Source of the DNA: an uncultured virus (IMG/VR IMGVR_UViG_2140918032_000035)
Taxonomy: Duplodnaviria > Heunggongvirae > Uroviricota > Caudoviricetes
Length of the DNA: 58,218 nucleotides
Virus record (IMG/VR): IMGVR_UViG_2140918032_000035
Strand: one strand, 5' to 3'
This document shows positions 37,091 through 46,539 of the stretch, piece by piece (the stretch's first letter is position 1; every line of letters begins with the position of its first letter). Below the pieces are notes generated by a model. It ran no database searches, was not told where the DNA came from, and worked only from the letters and a program-made list of their open reading frames with translations. The position numbers were made by a program, and so were the translations under genes.

Positions 37091-37168
37091 ATGAGACATT
37101 TATTCCGTTTGATGAGAGTCGGTCGCAGAGCCCGTTGTATGTGGATCATAGGCCGCAGGATATTATGA
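37091..37168 (+). CDS. 25-aa Arg-rich peptide MRHLFRLMRVGRRARCMWIIGRRIL
   Basis: Strong AAGGAGGG RBS with correct spacing. Confidence 0.55.
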   Translation: MRHLFRLMRVGRRARCMWIIGRRIL

Positions 37169-37202
37169 CTTTTGTTCTAAGGCTTTTAAGGAGATAAGAA
37201 GA

Positions 37203-37667
37203 ATGTCAATGCAGATAGAATATACTCAGGAGAATCTGGCAAAGCTCAAGCGGATCGAGCGGGAAGCGTATGCGGGTACCGGCTATATGCAGATGCAGCA
37301 TTGCGAATCCTGGTCGGATGTCGCGGCTTACTGCGAATGCTCGCTTGAGAACCTTCACATAGCGTTCATCAATGACGGTTATATCATTGCTGCCTGCCAT
37401 GACGGATTTATGGAGGTTGTAGATCTTGCGTCTTCAGGCAGGAATATGAATCTGTTTGATGCCTGGGAGTTCCTCCGAGAACTCGGTAAGCCGATGTTCC
37501 TCGATGCCAGAGAGAAGACTTCTTACCGTCTTATCAAGGGGCTCGAACGCAGAGGCGAGATCCATATTATCGAGGATACCTCTCACGATTGGGACGGCGA
37601 GATATTTCACGAGATCAAGTGTGAGTTTGCCGATCTGCACAGATACTATGAGCCCGGCCGTAATTAA
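37203..37667 (+). CDS. Hypothetical protein, possibly GNAT-like, C-terminus PGRN
   Basis: AAGGAG RBS; EVVDLAS..LDAREKTSY. Confidence 0.65.
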   Translation: MSMQIEYTQENLAKLKRIEREAYAGTGYMQMQHCESWSDVAAYCECSLENLHIAFINDGYIIAACHDGFMEVVDLASSGRNMNLFDAWEFLRELGKPMFLDAREKTSYRLIKGLERRGEIHIIEDTSHDWDGEIFHEIKCEFADLHRYYEPGRN

Positions 37668-37691
37668 GACCGGAGAAAGGGAACTCTTGTT

Positions 37692-38120
37692 ATGGAAATT
37701 ACAAAGACAGGTGAGCAGGTGCAAAAGGAAGCGGAACAGCGGAATCGCTTTGCATATCGCAAAATGAAAGCGTATGCTCAGGGTTATGTCTGTCCTGAGT
37801 GCGGTAAGACTCATTTCAAGCCGCAGGTTATCGAGCATCAGGATTGCGATGATCACTTTTTCCATTTCCGATGTGTGAGTTGCGGATGCGAGTGGAAGTC
37901 TAATGTTTATCACGCCGATTGGTCCAGAGTTGATCGGCTGATAGACAAAACGCTCGAAGACGGTAAGTACATATCTCCGTCGGGCTGGATAACTCTTTGG
38001 ATCACCAAGGCTCAGCTGAAGCATCGGTTCAAAAAGGAAATGAAGGCGTTGGAGATCGGGTATGATCCGTCAGTCAGTTATATTGACACAGAAGAAAAAA
38101 TTGTTTGTTATGAAGATTAA
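37692..38120 (+). CDS. Zinc-ribbon protein
   Basis: CPECG..CVSCGCEW. Confidence 0.7.
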   Translation: MEITKTGEQVQKEAEQRNRFAYRKMKAYAQGYVCPECGKTHFKPQVIEHQDCDDHFFHFRCVSCGCEWKSNVYHADWSRVDRLIDKTLEDGKYISPSGWITLWITKAQLKHRFKKEMKALEIGYDPSVSYIDTEEKIVCYED

Positions 38121-38193
38121 GTCTGTTATTTACCCGTCGGTAACCGTCAAGCCTTACCTTTCGTTTAAGGTATAACAAGAGAGGAGGAGCCTT

Positions 38194-38472
38194 GTGAAAA
38201 GGACTGCAGGTGTTATCGGTTTCCTGGTCGTGATCGTTGTCGTTGTTCTTACAATAGTCTTACTTCACGGGTGGCAACAGAATTATGCTGCTACTCATAC
38301 GGATTCTTTCGATGCCCGAGAGACCATTACCATTCATTTCCTGGACACTGACAGGTATGTCGAGTTCGAGAATGCTCAGGTCGTCTATTCCGGGCACGAC
38401 AGGATCCTGGTCACCGAGGACAATCAGCGTATTCAGATCGTTAATGCCGAGATAATTTATGGTGAATCTTAA
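38194..38472 (+). CDS. Small membrane-anchored protein
   Basis: AGGAGG RBS; N-terminal TM. Confidence 0.65.
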   Translation: MKRTAGVIGFLVVIVVVVLTIVLLHGWQQNYAATHTDSFDARETITIHFLDTDRYVEFENAQVVYSGHDRILVTEDNQRIQIVNAEIIYGES

Positions 38473-38489
38473 CCTCAAGATATTGTGTA

Positions 38490-38546
38490 TTGTCGGATAA
38501 CGCATTATTATATATGAGAATGGAAGATAACGAAAACCGTTATAAT
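38490..38546 (+). promoter_or_regulatory. Box-50 promoter 5
   Basis: TGTCGGATAACGCAT at 38491; TATAAT at 38541. Confidence 0.75.
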
Positions 38547-38693
38547 TATACTGTAAAAGATGGCGGCCCATATACCGGGCCCAGGCTCCGTGCCAAATGG
38601 TCAAAAGCGGAGCTCTTTCTTATCAACGGGAGGGCTCTGCTTTAGGGTTCTCCCCATTATCATTCCCGCCGGGTACGGCAGAAAGGACAACCT

Positions 38694-39128
38694 ATGAGAA
38701 AGTTAATCGGTTTGGTTTGCAGTATGGCCTGCATTGCTGTGCTCGCCTCGGGCTGCGCCAAAAAGGCAGCGGTTGACGGGACTTATCAGGCAGACATTGA
38801 TGTCGGCAGTTCCGTTACAGTCTCGGAGGTCGGAATGACTAATCCGGATGTCATTCTTCCGGTCTCTTTAGAACTTGCCGGAGGAGAGTACAAGATCATA
38901 CTCGATACAGACGCTATGGCTCGCGATTTCGAGAATGCCCGCGTAGATGATGACCATGTCGTTGCTTCCGTTGAAGCAGAAGACGAAGTCGTTTACACCG
39001 GTCACTACACCATCGAAGACGCGGCCATCATTTTTGACGGCGATCTGCATTTTACGGGTACGATCGACAAAGACTCCATCACGGCTGACAATTTCCTCGG
39101 TTTTGATGAAGTAACATTCACAAAATAA
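38694..39128 (+). CDS. Lipoprotein
   Basis: Lipobox LASGC; distant paralog of 39163. Confidence 0.75.
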   Translation: MRKLIGLVCSMACIAVLASGCAKKAAVDGTYQADIDVGSSVTVSEVGMTNPDVILPVSLELAGGEYKIILDTDAMARDFENARVDDDHVVASVEAEDEVVYTGHYTIEDAAIIFDGDLHFTGTIDKDSITADNFLGFDEVTFTK

Positions 39129-39162
39129 AACAGAGCCCTGAATCGGGCAGAAAGGACTAAAC

Positions 39163-40104
39163 ATGAAGAAGGTAAAATTCGGCAAGAAGTCGATATTAGC
39201 CATGGCTGGTGCCGGTGTTATTCTCCTCGGTGCCATCGGAGGAGTTATGGTACTCCCGAAACTCCTGAACAAGACAGAAGCCCTGCATATCAATCTTGAA
39301 GCTGAGCTGGACTGCACTGATGCAGCCTCCGACGCTCTCAATGACATTACAGGTGCTAATTACAACTATGACGGCGAGGTCATCGCACATTTCTATATGT
39401 CAATGGATGACGGTGCCTACACTTTCACTCTCGATACCGAACAGTTCAAAGAGGATCTCGATGTGTTCTTCGAGGACAACATTGACGGTATCCTTACGGC
39501 ACAGGTGGGTGCAGCAGGTCAGGCTACTGACGCTGATTCCCTTAATGCCTATGCCCAGAGCATCGGTTACGCAGATTGGAACGCCGTAGTTGATGCTACT
39601 GCCGCTTCCGTAATGGATGGCAAGGATTACACGGATCTTACAGATGGCGAGATCTCTTACGAAGGTGAGTATGTGCAGGAAGGCGCAGACCTCACTTACA
39701 CATCCGGATCCAAGACAGTTTTTACTGCAGAAGTCGAGAACGGTCTTGTCTATGTTGAATATGACTTCGACCGTAACTCTCCCCAGATGCTCTATGATTT
39801 CTTCAATCGTGGCGTATCCCTTGAGTTCCACAAGGCTTCCGACAAGGCATCCGCATCTTCTGATTCCGACAACGACCGTGATGACGACAGAGGTTCGTCA
39901 TCCGGCGACGGTGTCGTTGTAAATGTCTATGTTGAGACAGTTCCTACGACAGAAGAAACAACAGTGGAAACCACAGTCGAGACAACAGTAGAAACAACTG
40001 CTGCTTCTGCACCTACTGAGACTACGGCACCTGCAGAAACAACTGTTCCTTCCGAGACTGTTCCTTCCGAGACACCTGCCGAGACTGAGGCAGCGGAGGA
40101 ATAA
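39163..40104 (+). CDS. Membrane-anchored acidic protein with ETT-rich tail
   Basis: N-terminal TM; DGAYTFTLDT resembles GGEYKIILDT in 38694. Confidence 0.75.
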   Translation: MKKVKFGKKSILAMAGAGVILLGAIGGVMVLPKLLNKTEALHINLEAELDCTDAASDALNDITGANYNYDGEVIAHFYMSMDDGAYTFTLDTEQFKEDLDVFFEDNIDGILTAQVGAAGQATDADSLNAYAQSIGYADWNAVVDATAASVMDGKDYTDLTDGEISYEGEYVQEGADLTYTSGSKTVFTAEVENGLVYVEYDFDRNSPQMLYDFFNRGVSLEFHKASDKASASSDSDNDRDDDRGSSSGDGVVVNVYVETVPTTEETTVETTVETTVETTAASAPTETTAPAETTVPSETVPSETPAETEAAEE

Positions 40105-40105
40105 T

Positions 40106-40390
40106 ATGGTTGCACAGCTGACATGGACTTACGATATTATGAAGCATCTTGATTTTATCCTGGGTTTGCTGCAGAAGATCGAGCCTGTGTTTGGAGCAAT
40201 CGCCGGTCTCATTACTTTTATGGCTTTGGTGATCGGTTTCATCGCCTGGCATTCATCCGAAGAGCGCGATATAAAGCGGCTTTGGAAGTATATCCTTATC
40301 GCAGGCGTGTGTGCTGTTGCCATAGTTGCACTTTTTGGCTTGTTACTCGTTTATGCAAGATCTCGCAGTGTTGTCCCGCCCTTGGTCTGA
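40106..40390 (+). CDS. Small membrane protein
   Basis: Two TM segments. Confidence 0.6.
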   Translation: MVAQLTWTYDIMKHLDFILGLLQKIEPVFGAIAGLITFMALVIGFIAWHSSEERDIKRLWKYILIAGVCAVAIVALFGLLLVYARSRSVVPPLV

Positions 40391-40439
40391 TCCGGGGCGG
40401 ACTGCGAATCTGAATACAAAATAAGAGAGGTAAACCATT

Positions 40440-41027
40440 ATGATCCTAATTATCGGTCGCTCAGGTTCGGGAAAGGATTTCCTGGCACGCGAGCTTGCCA
40501 AAAACGGCTTATCACAAGTCAAGTCGTACACAACGAGACCTCCCCGCTATGAGGGCGAGGATACTCACATCTTTATCTCAGCAGAAGAAGCGTCCAGGAC
40601 AGAAGGCAAGATCGCCACAACTGTCATCAACGGCTACGAATACTTCGCAACTGCCGAGCAGATGAAAGAAAACGATGTTTACATCATCGATCCGAGAGGC
40701 ACCGCAGAGCTCTTACAGAACTGTCCTGAGGTGTCTTTTGATATTTGTTACCTTCAGGCAGACGATTCCTGCCGCCGTGCCATGGCAGTAGGTCGTGGTC
40801 AGGATATGGCAAAAGAAGCGGAGATCTACCAGATGCGTAATGCTGACGAGGATGCTCAGTTCCGTGAGTTTGAAGGAATGCTCAAGGATTCTTATGCTTT
40901 TTACGCTTTCAAGAACAAGTATCCGAATGTACGCCAGGTGTTGATCGGCCATAACGATTACCGCCCGGAGACAATGTCCGAGCTGGTAAGCTCGCTTACC
41001 GCCGGTATTGCGGGAAGAGGTGTCTGA
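40440..41027 (+). CDS. Guanylate kinase-like protein, C-terminus AGRGV
   Basis: GRSGSGKD P-loop, SYTTRPPR, H.F, YIIDP.G. Confidence 0.85.
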   Translation: MILIIGRSGSGKDFLARELAKNGLSQVKSYTTRPPRYEGEDTHIFISAEEASRTEGKIATTVINGYEYFATAEQMKENDVYIIDPRGTAELLQNCPEVSFDICYLQADDSCRRAMAVGRGQDMAKEAEIYQMRNADEDAQFREFEGMLKDSYAFYAFKNKYPNVRQVLIGHNDYRPETMSELVSSLTAGIAGRGV

Positions 41028-41029
41028 GT

Positions 41030-41404
41030 ATGAGTGACCTTACAAATGATGGCTGTGCCGAGTATATCTTGATCATTTCCAATAACCGCGATCCCTCATC
41101 TACCATGGCTGAGAAGATAACATGCCAGCCGGATGAAGTATTGCGATTTGTTGAGGCCAGGGCAAAGAAGCTGTGTACTATGCTTCACGAGAAAGGCAAG
41201 CGGGTTGACGGACCTCCGATGCAGACGAATGCCGGTATGGGTATCCAGGTCTTTACTGTTCAGAGTCAGGGCTTTTGTATGAACCTTACTCTCGTTCCGA
41301 TAGACCGTGCCCGGGAGATAGACCGCGGACAAGTCCTGGAAGAGACCAAGCAGTTTGAAACCGAATACGAAAACCTTTTCGGCGGATTGGAAACAGGACG
41401 CTGA
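41030..41404 (+). CDS. Hypothetical protein, C-terminus ETGR
   Basis: Operon context. Confidence 0.65.
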   Translation: MSDLTNDGCAEYILIISNNRDPSSTMAEKITCQPDEVLRFVEARAKKLCTMLHEKGKRVDGPPMQTNAGMGIQVFTVQSQGFCMNLTLVPIDRAREIDRGQVLEETKQFETEYENLFGGLETGR

Positions 41405-41432
41405 ACGCATTAGCAGATAAGGAGAAATTAAG

Positions 41433-41759
41433 ATGAGTGTTGAAGAAATGTTTGCCACGCTGTACGCGATGGTCCACTATTGTACTTCGATCGCAGGTGC
41501 AGCTCTTATCGTAGGGCTCGTTTGCATCGTCGGTATATTCGTTATGCTGTTGTGCTTAGTCGTTATCGACCGCAAGATCAACTATATGAGAGAGGCTATG
41601 GGTATCCTGCCGCCTGAAAGTCCGAAGCCGTCGTTGTTCGGCAGGAAGAAAAAGAGGACTGATGCTCCTAAGGCCAGCATCGGCAAGGTAGATCCTAACC
41701 CCGATACGGTCAAGGCTATGAGCCCGGAAACAACAGCTGAGGTGAAGAAAGATGACTAA
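41433..41759 (+). CDS. Single-TM protein
   Basis: AAGGAG RBS; hydrophobic segment. Confidence 0.65.
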   Translation: MSVEEMFATLYAMVHYCTSIAGAALIVGLVCIVGIFVMLLCLVVIDRKINYMREAMGILPPESPKPSLFGRKKKRTDAPKASIGKVDPNPDTVKAMSPETTAEVKKDD

Positions 41760-42069
41760 TTTTGATACTGTTACGACTGCCCCTGAATGCCTGCTCAAGA
41801 ACCTTAAATGGATCAAGCAGAACTACGGCGGGCTGGTCAGCTTCATTGATTGGGAAGCATGGCTCAAAGCTGACACTTCCAAAGCTCCGTTCGAGTTCTT
41901 CAAGGATGCTCAGTGGGGTGATCTTGAAAGTGGCGACGGAGTCAGCCGATGTGCCCTTCTCGATAAATGCAGCATCTATGGTCAGGACTACGCCCGTATT
42001 GCCGTAGAGCAGGACGGTCAGTGGCTTCTGATGAGCGTACCCGCTGCACGGGTTCGTGTTGCCGGGTAA
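41752..42069 (+). CDS. Hypothetical protein
   Basis: GAGGTGA RBS. Confidence 0.65.
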   Translation: MTNFDTVTTAPECLLKNLKWIKQNYGGLVSFIDWEAWLKADTSKAPFEFFKDAQWGDLESGDGVSRCALLDKCSIYGQDYARIAVEQDGQWLLMSVPAARVRVAG

Positions 42070-42072
42070 TGT

Positions 42073-42645
42073 ATGGTCGCGAGAAATCACATCATTACGG
42101 GAACGGCCTCGGTCGTCTGTTTGGGCACTGCGGTTTATACTCTCGCGTACAATGTCGATGTGGGTATAATATCTGTTGCTTGCAGCCGACTGATCGAACA
42201 GGCAGCAGGGGTTAATTCGCTATACAAATTATGTGCGATCCCCCTGTTTGTTCTCGGCCTCATCCTGCCTGATTGTGACCTTCGCACCTCTGTCGTAGGA
42301 AAGTTCTTTCACCTTCCGTGTAAGCATCGGACCTGGACGCATTCCGTCTGGTTCGTGCTTCCGTCGGTGATCGCCGGGATATGGTTTCTTCCTCTGTGGG
42401 CATTGGCTTTTGCTATTGTCATCCACGACTTCTGGGATAATCTGTCCAACGGCGGCGTGTGTTTCTTTTATCCTATTACCAAGTACAGGGACATGCCTAA
42501 CGGTGCCCACTTCAAGCCCGGCCACAAGGGATTTTATGCTACGGGTACTGCAGATGAGACTTTCATGACTGTTATCGCGTGCTGTATTGCGGCTCTTGCA
42601 ATCGGCTATGCGTATCTATTTTTCAAGATGAGGTGCGGAGTATGA
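42073..42645 (+). CDS. Membrane metal-dependent hydrolase (YdjM-like)
   Basis: H near N-terminus, LPDCD, HRTWTHS, H...D, GV..FYP. Confidence 0.8.
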   Translation: MVARNHIITGTASVVCLGTAVYTLAYNVDVGIISVACSRLIEQAAGVNSLYKLCAIPLFVLGLILPDCDLRTSVVGKFFHLPCKHRTWTHSVWFVLPSVIAGIWFLPLWALAFAIVIHDFWDNLSNGGVCFFYPITKYRDMPNGAHFKPGHKGFYATGTADETFMTVIACCIAALAIGYAYLFFKMRCGV

Positions 42646-43343
42646 CTTTGGAAGAATATATCCAGGTGAAAGATATGAACTATGATGAGTTCTGTGATCA
42701 TCTGAAACAGAAATACGGTAAGGCTCAGTACGATTACTTCAGGTTTCGTACAGGCGGGTATAAGCCCGGCGTGTTTGCCAGGGAGCCGAAGATCTCCCGC
42801 ACGAGTGAGGGACTGTTTGCCCACCATGTTAAAGAAGATCGTGCCATCCTGCTTTCTGTTCCGGATGTTGCGATCCGTCATCCGAGAGAATATCAGAGTA
42901 AAGAAAACATCGTCTATTGCGATTGGCTGGAGCATCTTTACGCTCATATCCTCATAGCAGAGCATCCCGCTCCCAATGCTGAAGAAGGCGTGGGGCTCGG
43001 AGGCTGTATCAATTACCTGGTACCGCAACTCAATGATATTTTTGCCGGTTACCAGCCGGGCAAACAATGGGAAAAGACTTGTGCCGATAAGGTGCTGACT
43101 ACTGACGGTAAGAGCAATTATGATTGCTATATGGTCCTGTTATCCAGGCTCAAGATGATATTTCTGAAGACTACCAGCTGCGATCCTGACATGGCTACTT
43201 ATTTCCTCTGCAATACTGCACAGGAAGACATTGTCGATCCGGAGATCCGCAGCAATCTGGATACCGTTTATAAGGACATCAAGAACTTACCGGCAGATCA
43301 TTGTCTTTCCCCGGAGAACTTTATGTTAGAAGGGAGAGGATAG
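42642..43343 (+). CDS. Hypothetical protein with HNH-like His cluster, C-terminus EGRG
   Basis: GLFAHH..ENIVYC..LEH..AH. Confidence 0.65.
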   Translation: MTLEEYIQVKDMNYDEFCDHLKQKYGKAQYDYFRFRTGGYKPGVFAREPKISRTSEGLFAHHVKEDRAILLSVPDVAIRHPREYQSKENIVYCDWLEHLYAHILIAEHPAPNAEEGVGLGGCINYLVPQLNDIFAGYQPGKQWEKTCADKVLTTDGKSNYDCYMVLLSRLKMIFLKTTSCDPDMATYFLCNTAQEDIVDPEIRSNLDTVYKDIKNLPADHCLSPENFMLEGRG

Positions 43344-43345
43344 AA

Positions 43346-44008
43346 ATGCCCAAGAATAACAACAAGCGCAGAGGAGCTGAGCCCGGTGACCTTGTGTTCC
43401 CGGATACGGCTTTTCTCAATAAGGTCTATTCAGACTCGTTCAATCACCGATGTTCGAGTTACAAGAGACCTTTCATCGTCGTAGGAAAGCACAGAAACCG
43501 TCCCGGAATGTCGGTCATCGTTCCTTTATCATCCAAGTTTTATTACAACTACACCAAGCTCAAGAGGCGTGTGGATCTCGGTCTGGAATTGTCTGATGCA
43601 CCGTCTATTATATTGGTATCCAATAACGCTCACAGGTCCCAGGGATATTATAACGCAGCATTGCTGATGGACCAGGCGATCGTCATACCGGATACTATGC
43701 TGAGCGTGTACCGCAGGGCTCATATCGACTATGATCTGGCTTCTCCAAAGCCTCCGATCCGTCCTACGGTACCTCTGAGCGACGATAACTATGATGTCAT
43801 TATGGCACGCTGGGAAAAGGCAGAAGCCGAATGGAAACAGTGCGAAGACAAGGCTTTACTCAAGTCGCAGGTAAATATCAACCTGATCGTTTCCAGAGGC
43901 AGGGACTTTATCAGGAAACTCTATCTCAAAGGCAAGATGGAAACAGATCTTGAGGCTACGATCGGTCGCGCCGCAGCTGTTCTGCATCCTGACATGCTGG
44001 AGTTCTGA
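43346..44008 (+). CDS. PemK/MazF/ToxN-fold endoribonuclease-like protein
   Basis: PGDLVF, KRPFIVV, IVPLSSK, LLMDQ motifs. Confidence 0.6.
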   Translation: MPKNNNKRRGAEPGDLVFPDTAFLNKVYSDSFNHRCSSYKRPFIVVGKHRNRPGMSVIVPLSSKFYYNYTKLKRRVDLGLELSDAPSIILVSNNAHRSQGYYNAALLMDQAIVIPDTMLSVYRRAHIDYDLASPKPPIRPTVPLSDDNYDVIMARWEKAEAEWKQCEDKALLKSQVNINLIVSRGRDFIRKLYLKGKMETDLEATIGRAAAVLHPDMLEF

Positions 44009-44017
44009 GGTGATGAC

Positions 44018-44269
44018 ATGCGAGACATACACGACGAGTTCATTGCTTCAGAGAAGCTCTTTCAGTATTCCGATCATAGACCGGAATCCGTATATAAGCA
44101 GACCTTGGCCACTGCGGTATCCAGGCTCGATACTATGATCGACGGATCCAAGAACTTTGAGTCTGAAGAGTCCTGGTTGTTGAGGCGAGACCTCATATCT
44201 CTTGCAGAAACGATACGGGCTGCGATCGGAATGAGCGATGCCGATAACTACGAAGTAGATAAGGAATAA
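44018..44269 (+). CDS. Hypothetical protein
   Basis: GAGGTGA RBS; C-terminal half resembles 48758 (SLA..(I/L)R.A(I/L)G). Confidence 0.65.
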   Translation: MRDIHDEFIASEKLFQYSDHRPESVYKQTLATAVSRLDTMIDGSKNFESEESWLLRRDLISLAETIRAAIGMSDADNYEVDKE

Positions 44270-44285
44270 AGAACGGAGGAGAACC

Positions 44286-44930
44286 ATGCGTTATATTGAC
44301 CACATCAGAAGATTGTCAGCTTACCGCCATGTCGTACAGGATAATTGGTCCTATGAACAGGTGGCAAAAGTCTATAATGTAACACTTAACGCAGTTGAGG
44401 CGATGATGCACGGGCGTAAGATGGTCGCTACCCGCGGGCTTGGTGAGGCAGATGTCGCTCTTATCTGCAGCGAGCGTGATGCAGGGTGTCCTTTGAGCGA
44501 TATAGCTCTATATTGGAACCTGCCCGAATCCGTTATTCTCGGGCTCAACAAAAGGGATCCTTATGTGCCCGGCAGAAGACCGAAGCCGGCAGGGTATGTC
44601 TTCCCCAGGGACAAGTATGATGCCCTGATCGCCGAGTATGACAGCAGACCTCCGAAGACGGAGACGCGTAAATCCATCGCTGCCAAGTACGGTCTTACGG
44701 AGAATCAGTTGTCCTGGATAGTATCCGGCAACGCCCAAAAGTCCAGGGTAGTATCGCCTGAGGTCAGAGCCCAGATCATGGAAGATATTGAGGCCCTGAA
44801 CAGTAAGAGCATCAAGTACCTTGCCCAGAAATACGCGGTACCTTACAGCATTGCGAGAAGCTGGGTGGGTAACCATCTGAAAGAGAAAAAAGAAGCAGAG
44901 GCCGACGGTCTGACCGGCCCTGTAAGATAA
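44286..44930 (+). CDS. Multi-HTH DNA-binding protein
   Basis: Four HTH-like units: SYEQVAKVYNV, LSDIALYWNL, RKSIAAKYGL, IKYLAQKYAV. Confidence 0.65.
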   Translation: MRYIDHIRRLSAYRHVVQDNWSYEQVAKVYNVTLNAVEAMMHGRKMVATRGLGEADVALICSERDAGCPLSDIALYWNLPESVILGLNKRDPYVPGRRPKPAGYVFPRDKYDALIAEYDSRPPKTETRKSIAAKYGLTENQLSWIVSGNAQKSRVVSPEVRAQIMEDIEALNSKSIKYLAQKYAVPYSIARSWVGNHLKEKKEAEADGLTGPVR

Positions 44931-44944
44931 GAAGAAGGGAATGT

Positions 44945-45697
44945 ATGAAGAACTGCTTTGGCACTGCTTTAGTCGTCGGTCTTGTTACTGCCGCGACTCT
45001 TTTACAACTGAACCAGATCCCCGTAGGCAATGGTCCTGCGGGGGCTTTTTTTATGCCTGATCCCGGCTTGGAAAAGATTCCGACAGAGATCCATAAGGAC
45101 CGTTTTGCCGTGGCACAGTTTACGGTTCAGCCTACGACTTATGAGACTAAACAAGGTCATCTGGCTGAAGATCTCGGGCTCAGCATCGAGGACTTTGACT
45201 CGCTTGAACCTGCCTTCTATGAGGAGGATTACAGTTACGAATATACCCTCGATGACATGTTCCGGGATGAGCTCGAACTGATACCTTCAGGTCATTACGA
45301 ACTGCTGATGGACTCCGGCTGGAGCATCCAGCTGACCGATATGGACCTGGCGGATGAGTATGGTTACGATGTGCCCATAGCAGGCATTACTGACTACGAT
45401 CAGAAAACTATTTACATCGCTAACAGGGAGTCTGCGATCCGGAGAGCAACGGTTCACGAGGTCGGTCACGCTCTGTCTTATGAGTACGGCAGGGCGGATC
45501 TGTCAGATGACTTTGTTGCGCTTTACGACCTGGAGAAAAGTCAGTTCCACGACCTTACTTCGATAGGGGACGGGCACGAGATCGAATCTTCTACCGAGTA
45601 TTTCGCCAGCGTCTATCAGAATATGGTTTTCGACTTTGAGGGCACCTATAACGACATTCCTTGCACAGTCGATTTCATCTACGACCTTTTATGGTGA
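44945..45697 (+). CDS. Secreted zinc metallopeptidase, anthrax-LF/PPEP-like
   Basis: Signal-like N-terminus; TVHEVGH and EYFA motifs. Confidence 0.75.
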   Translation: MKNCFGTALVVGLVTAATLLQLNQIPVGNGPAGAFFMPDPGLEKIPTEIHKDRFAVAQFTVQPTTYETKQGHLAEDLGLSIEDFDSLEPAFYEEDYSYEYTLDDMFRDELELIPSGHYELLMDSGWSIQLTDMDLADEYGYDVPIAGITDYDQKTIYIANRESAIRRATVHEVGHALSYEYGRADLSDDFVALYDLEKSQFHDLTSIGDGHEIESSTEYFASVYQNMVFDFEGTYNDIPCTVDFIYDLLW

Positions 45698-45702
45698 AAA
45701 TC

Positions 45703-46028
45703 TTGCATAACCTGTTACATCTTGCTATACAAGTTGCACAACAGATAGTGGTATGCTTTTATGCAAGTTTCACATAAGATGTATCGAGTTACGCAATTTT
45801 GCACAGATCCGCACACATCTGTGCAGACATCTGTGCGGGGCCTCAAAGCCTTGGGATTATTGACTTTGCGGGTTTAGCTGCACAGATGCACAGATGTTTT
45901 CGGCATTCTTTTTTCTGGGGGTTTAAGTTTCAATAGACTTTATAGAAATGTGGTGTGTTATCTGTGCACAGCACTTCCTTATCTTGTGCAAAGCCTTGTG
46001 CGGCGGGCATTTCGGGGCTGCACAGATG
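45703..46028. repeat. Non-coding iteron-like module, copy 2
   Basis: Colinear diverged copy of 5301-5640. Confidence 0.85.
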
Positions 46029-46094
46029 TTTGTGATCGCTGTTTTCTTGTCTGTCCGCAGGCTTTTCCTGTCCGGAAAAATAATTTCTACAAAA

Positions 46095-46151
46095 TTGTCG
46101 GATAAGGCATTTTAATTCTTGTATAGCAAATCAAAGTATATACGCTATAAT
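46095..46151 (+). promoter_or_regulatory. Box-50 promoter 6
   Basis: TGTCGGATAAGGCAT at 46096; TATAAT at 46146. Confidence 0.75.
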
Positions 46152-46227
46152 TAAGTTAGACATTTGTGATAGAATGTAGCACGGAACCAAAGACGGGTTC
46201 CTATTATTATTTTTATTGGAGGTATCT

Positions 46228-46521
46228 ATGGATACAATATCCGCTAACGCTGAAGGCAACGCTCATTATTTTGAGCTGTCTTCTATGGATCTCAAGGCTT
46301 TTGTCGATGCAGTCGAGCAGTGCCGCGGGGATGTCATTCTCTTTACTGATGAGGGTGATCGTTTCAATCTCAAGAGCACTCTTTCGAAGACTATGGGCTT
46401 TCTTGCATTGATAGAAGACGGCAAGTTTGCCGGAGCAAAGATCTACTGCCCTGATCCCGAAGATGTCACTATGCTCTTCAGGCTCGGCTTATTCGGTGAG
46501 ACTCCTAACCCGTCTCACTAA
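46228..46521 (+). CDS. HPr-like fold small protein
   Basis: FVDAV..C.GDV.L....GDR.NLKS.LS pattern; GGAGG RBS. Confidence 0.55.
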   Translation: MDTISANAEGNAHYFELSSMDLKAFVDAVEQCRGDVILFTDEGDRFNLKSTLSKTMGFLALIEDGKFAGAKIYCPDPEDVTMLFRLGLFGETPNPSH

Positions 46522-46539
46522 CACTATTCGGAGGTGCCT

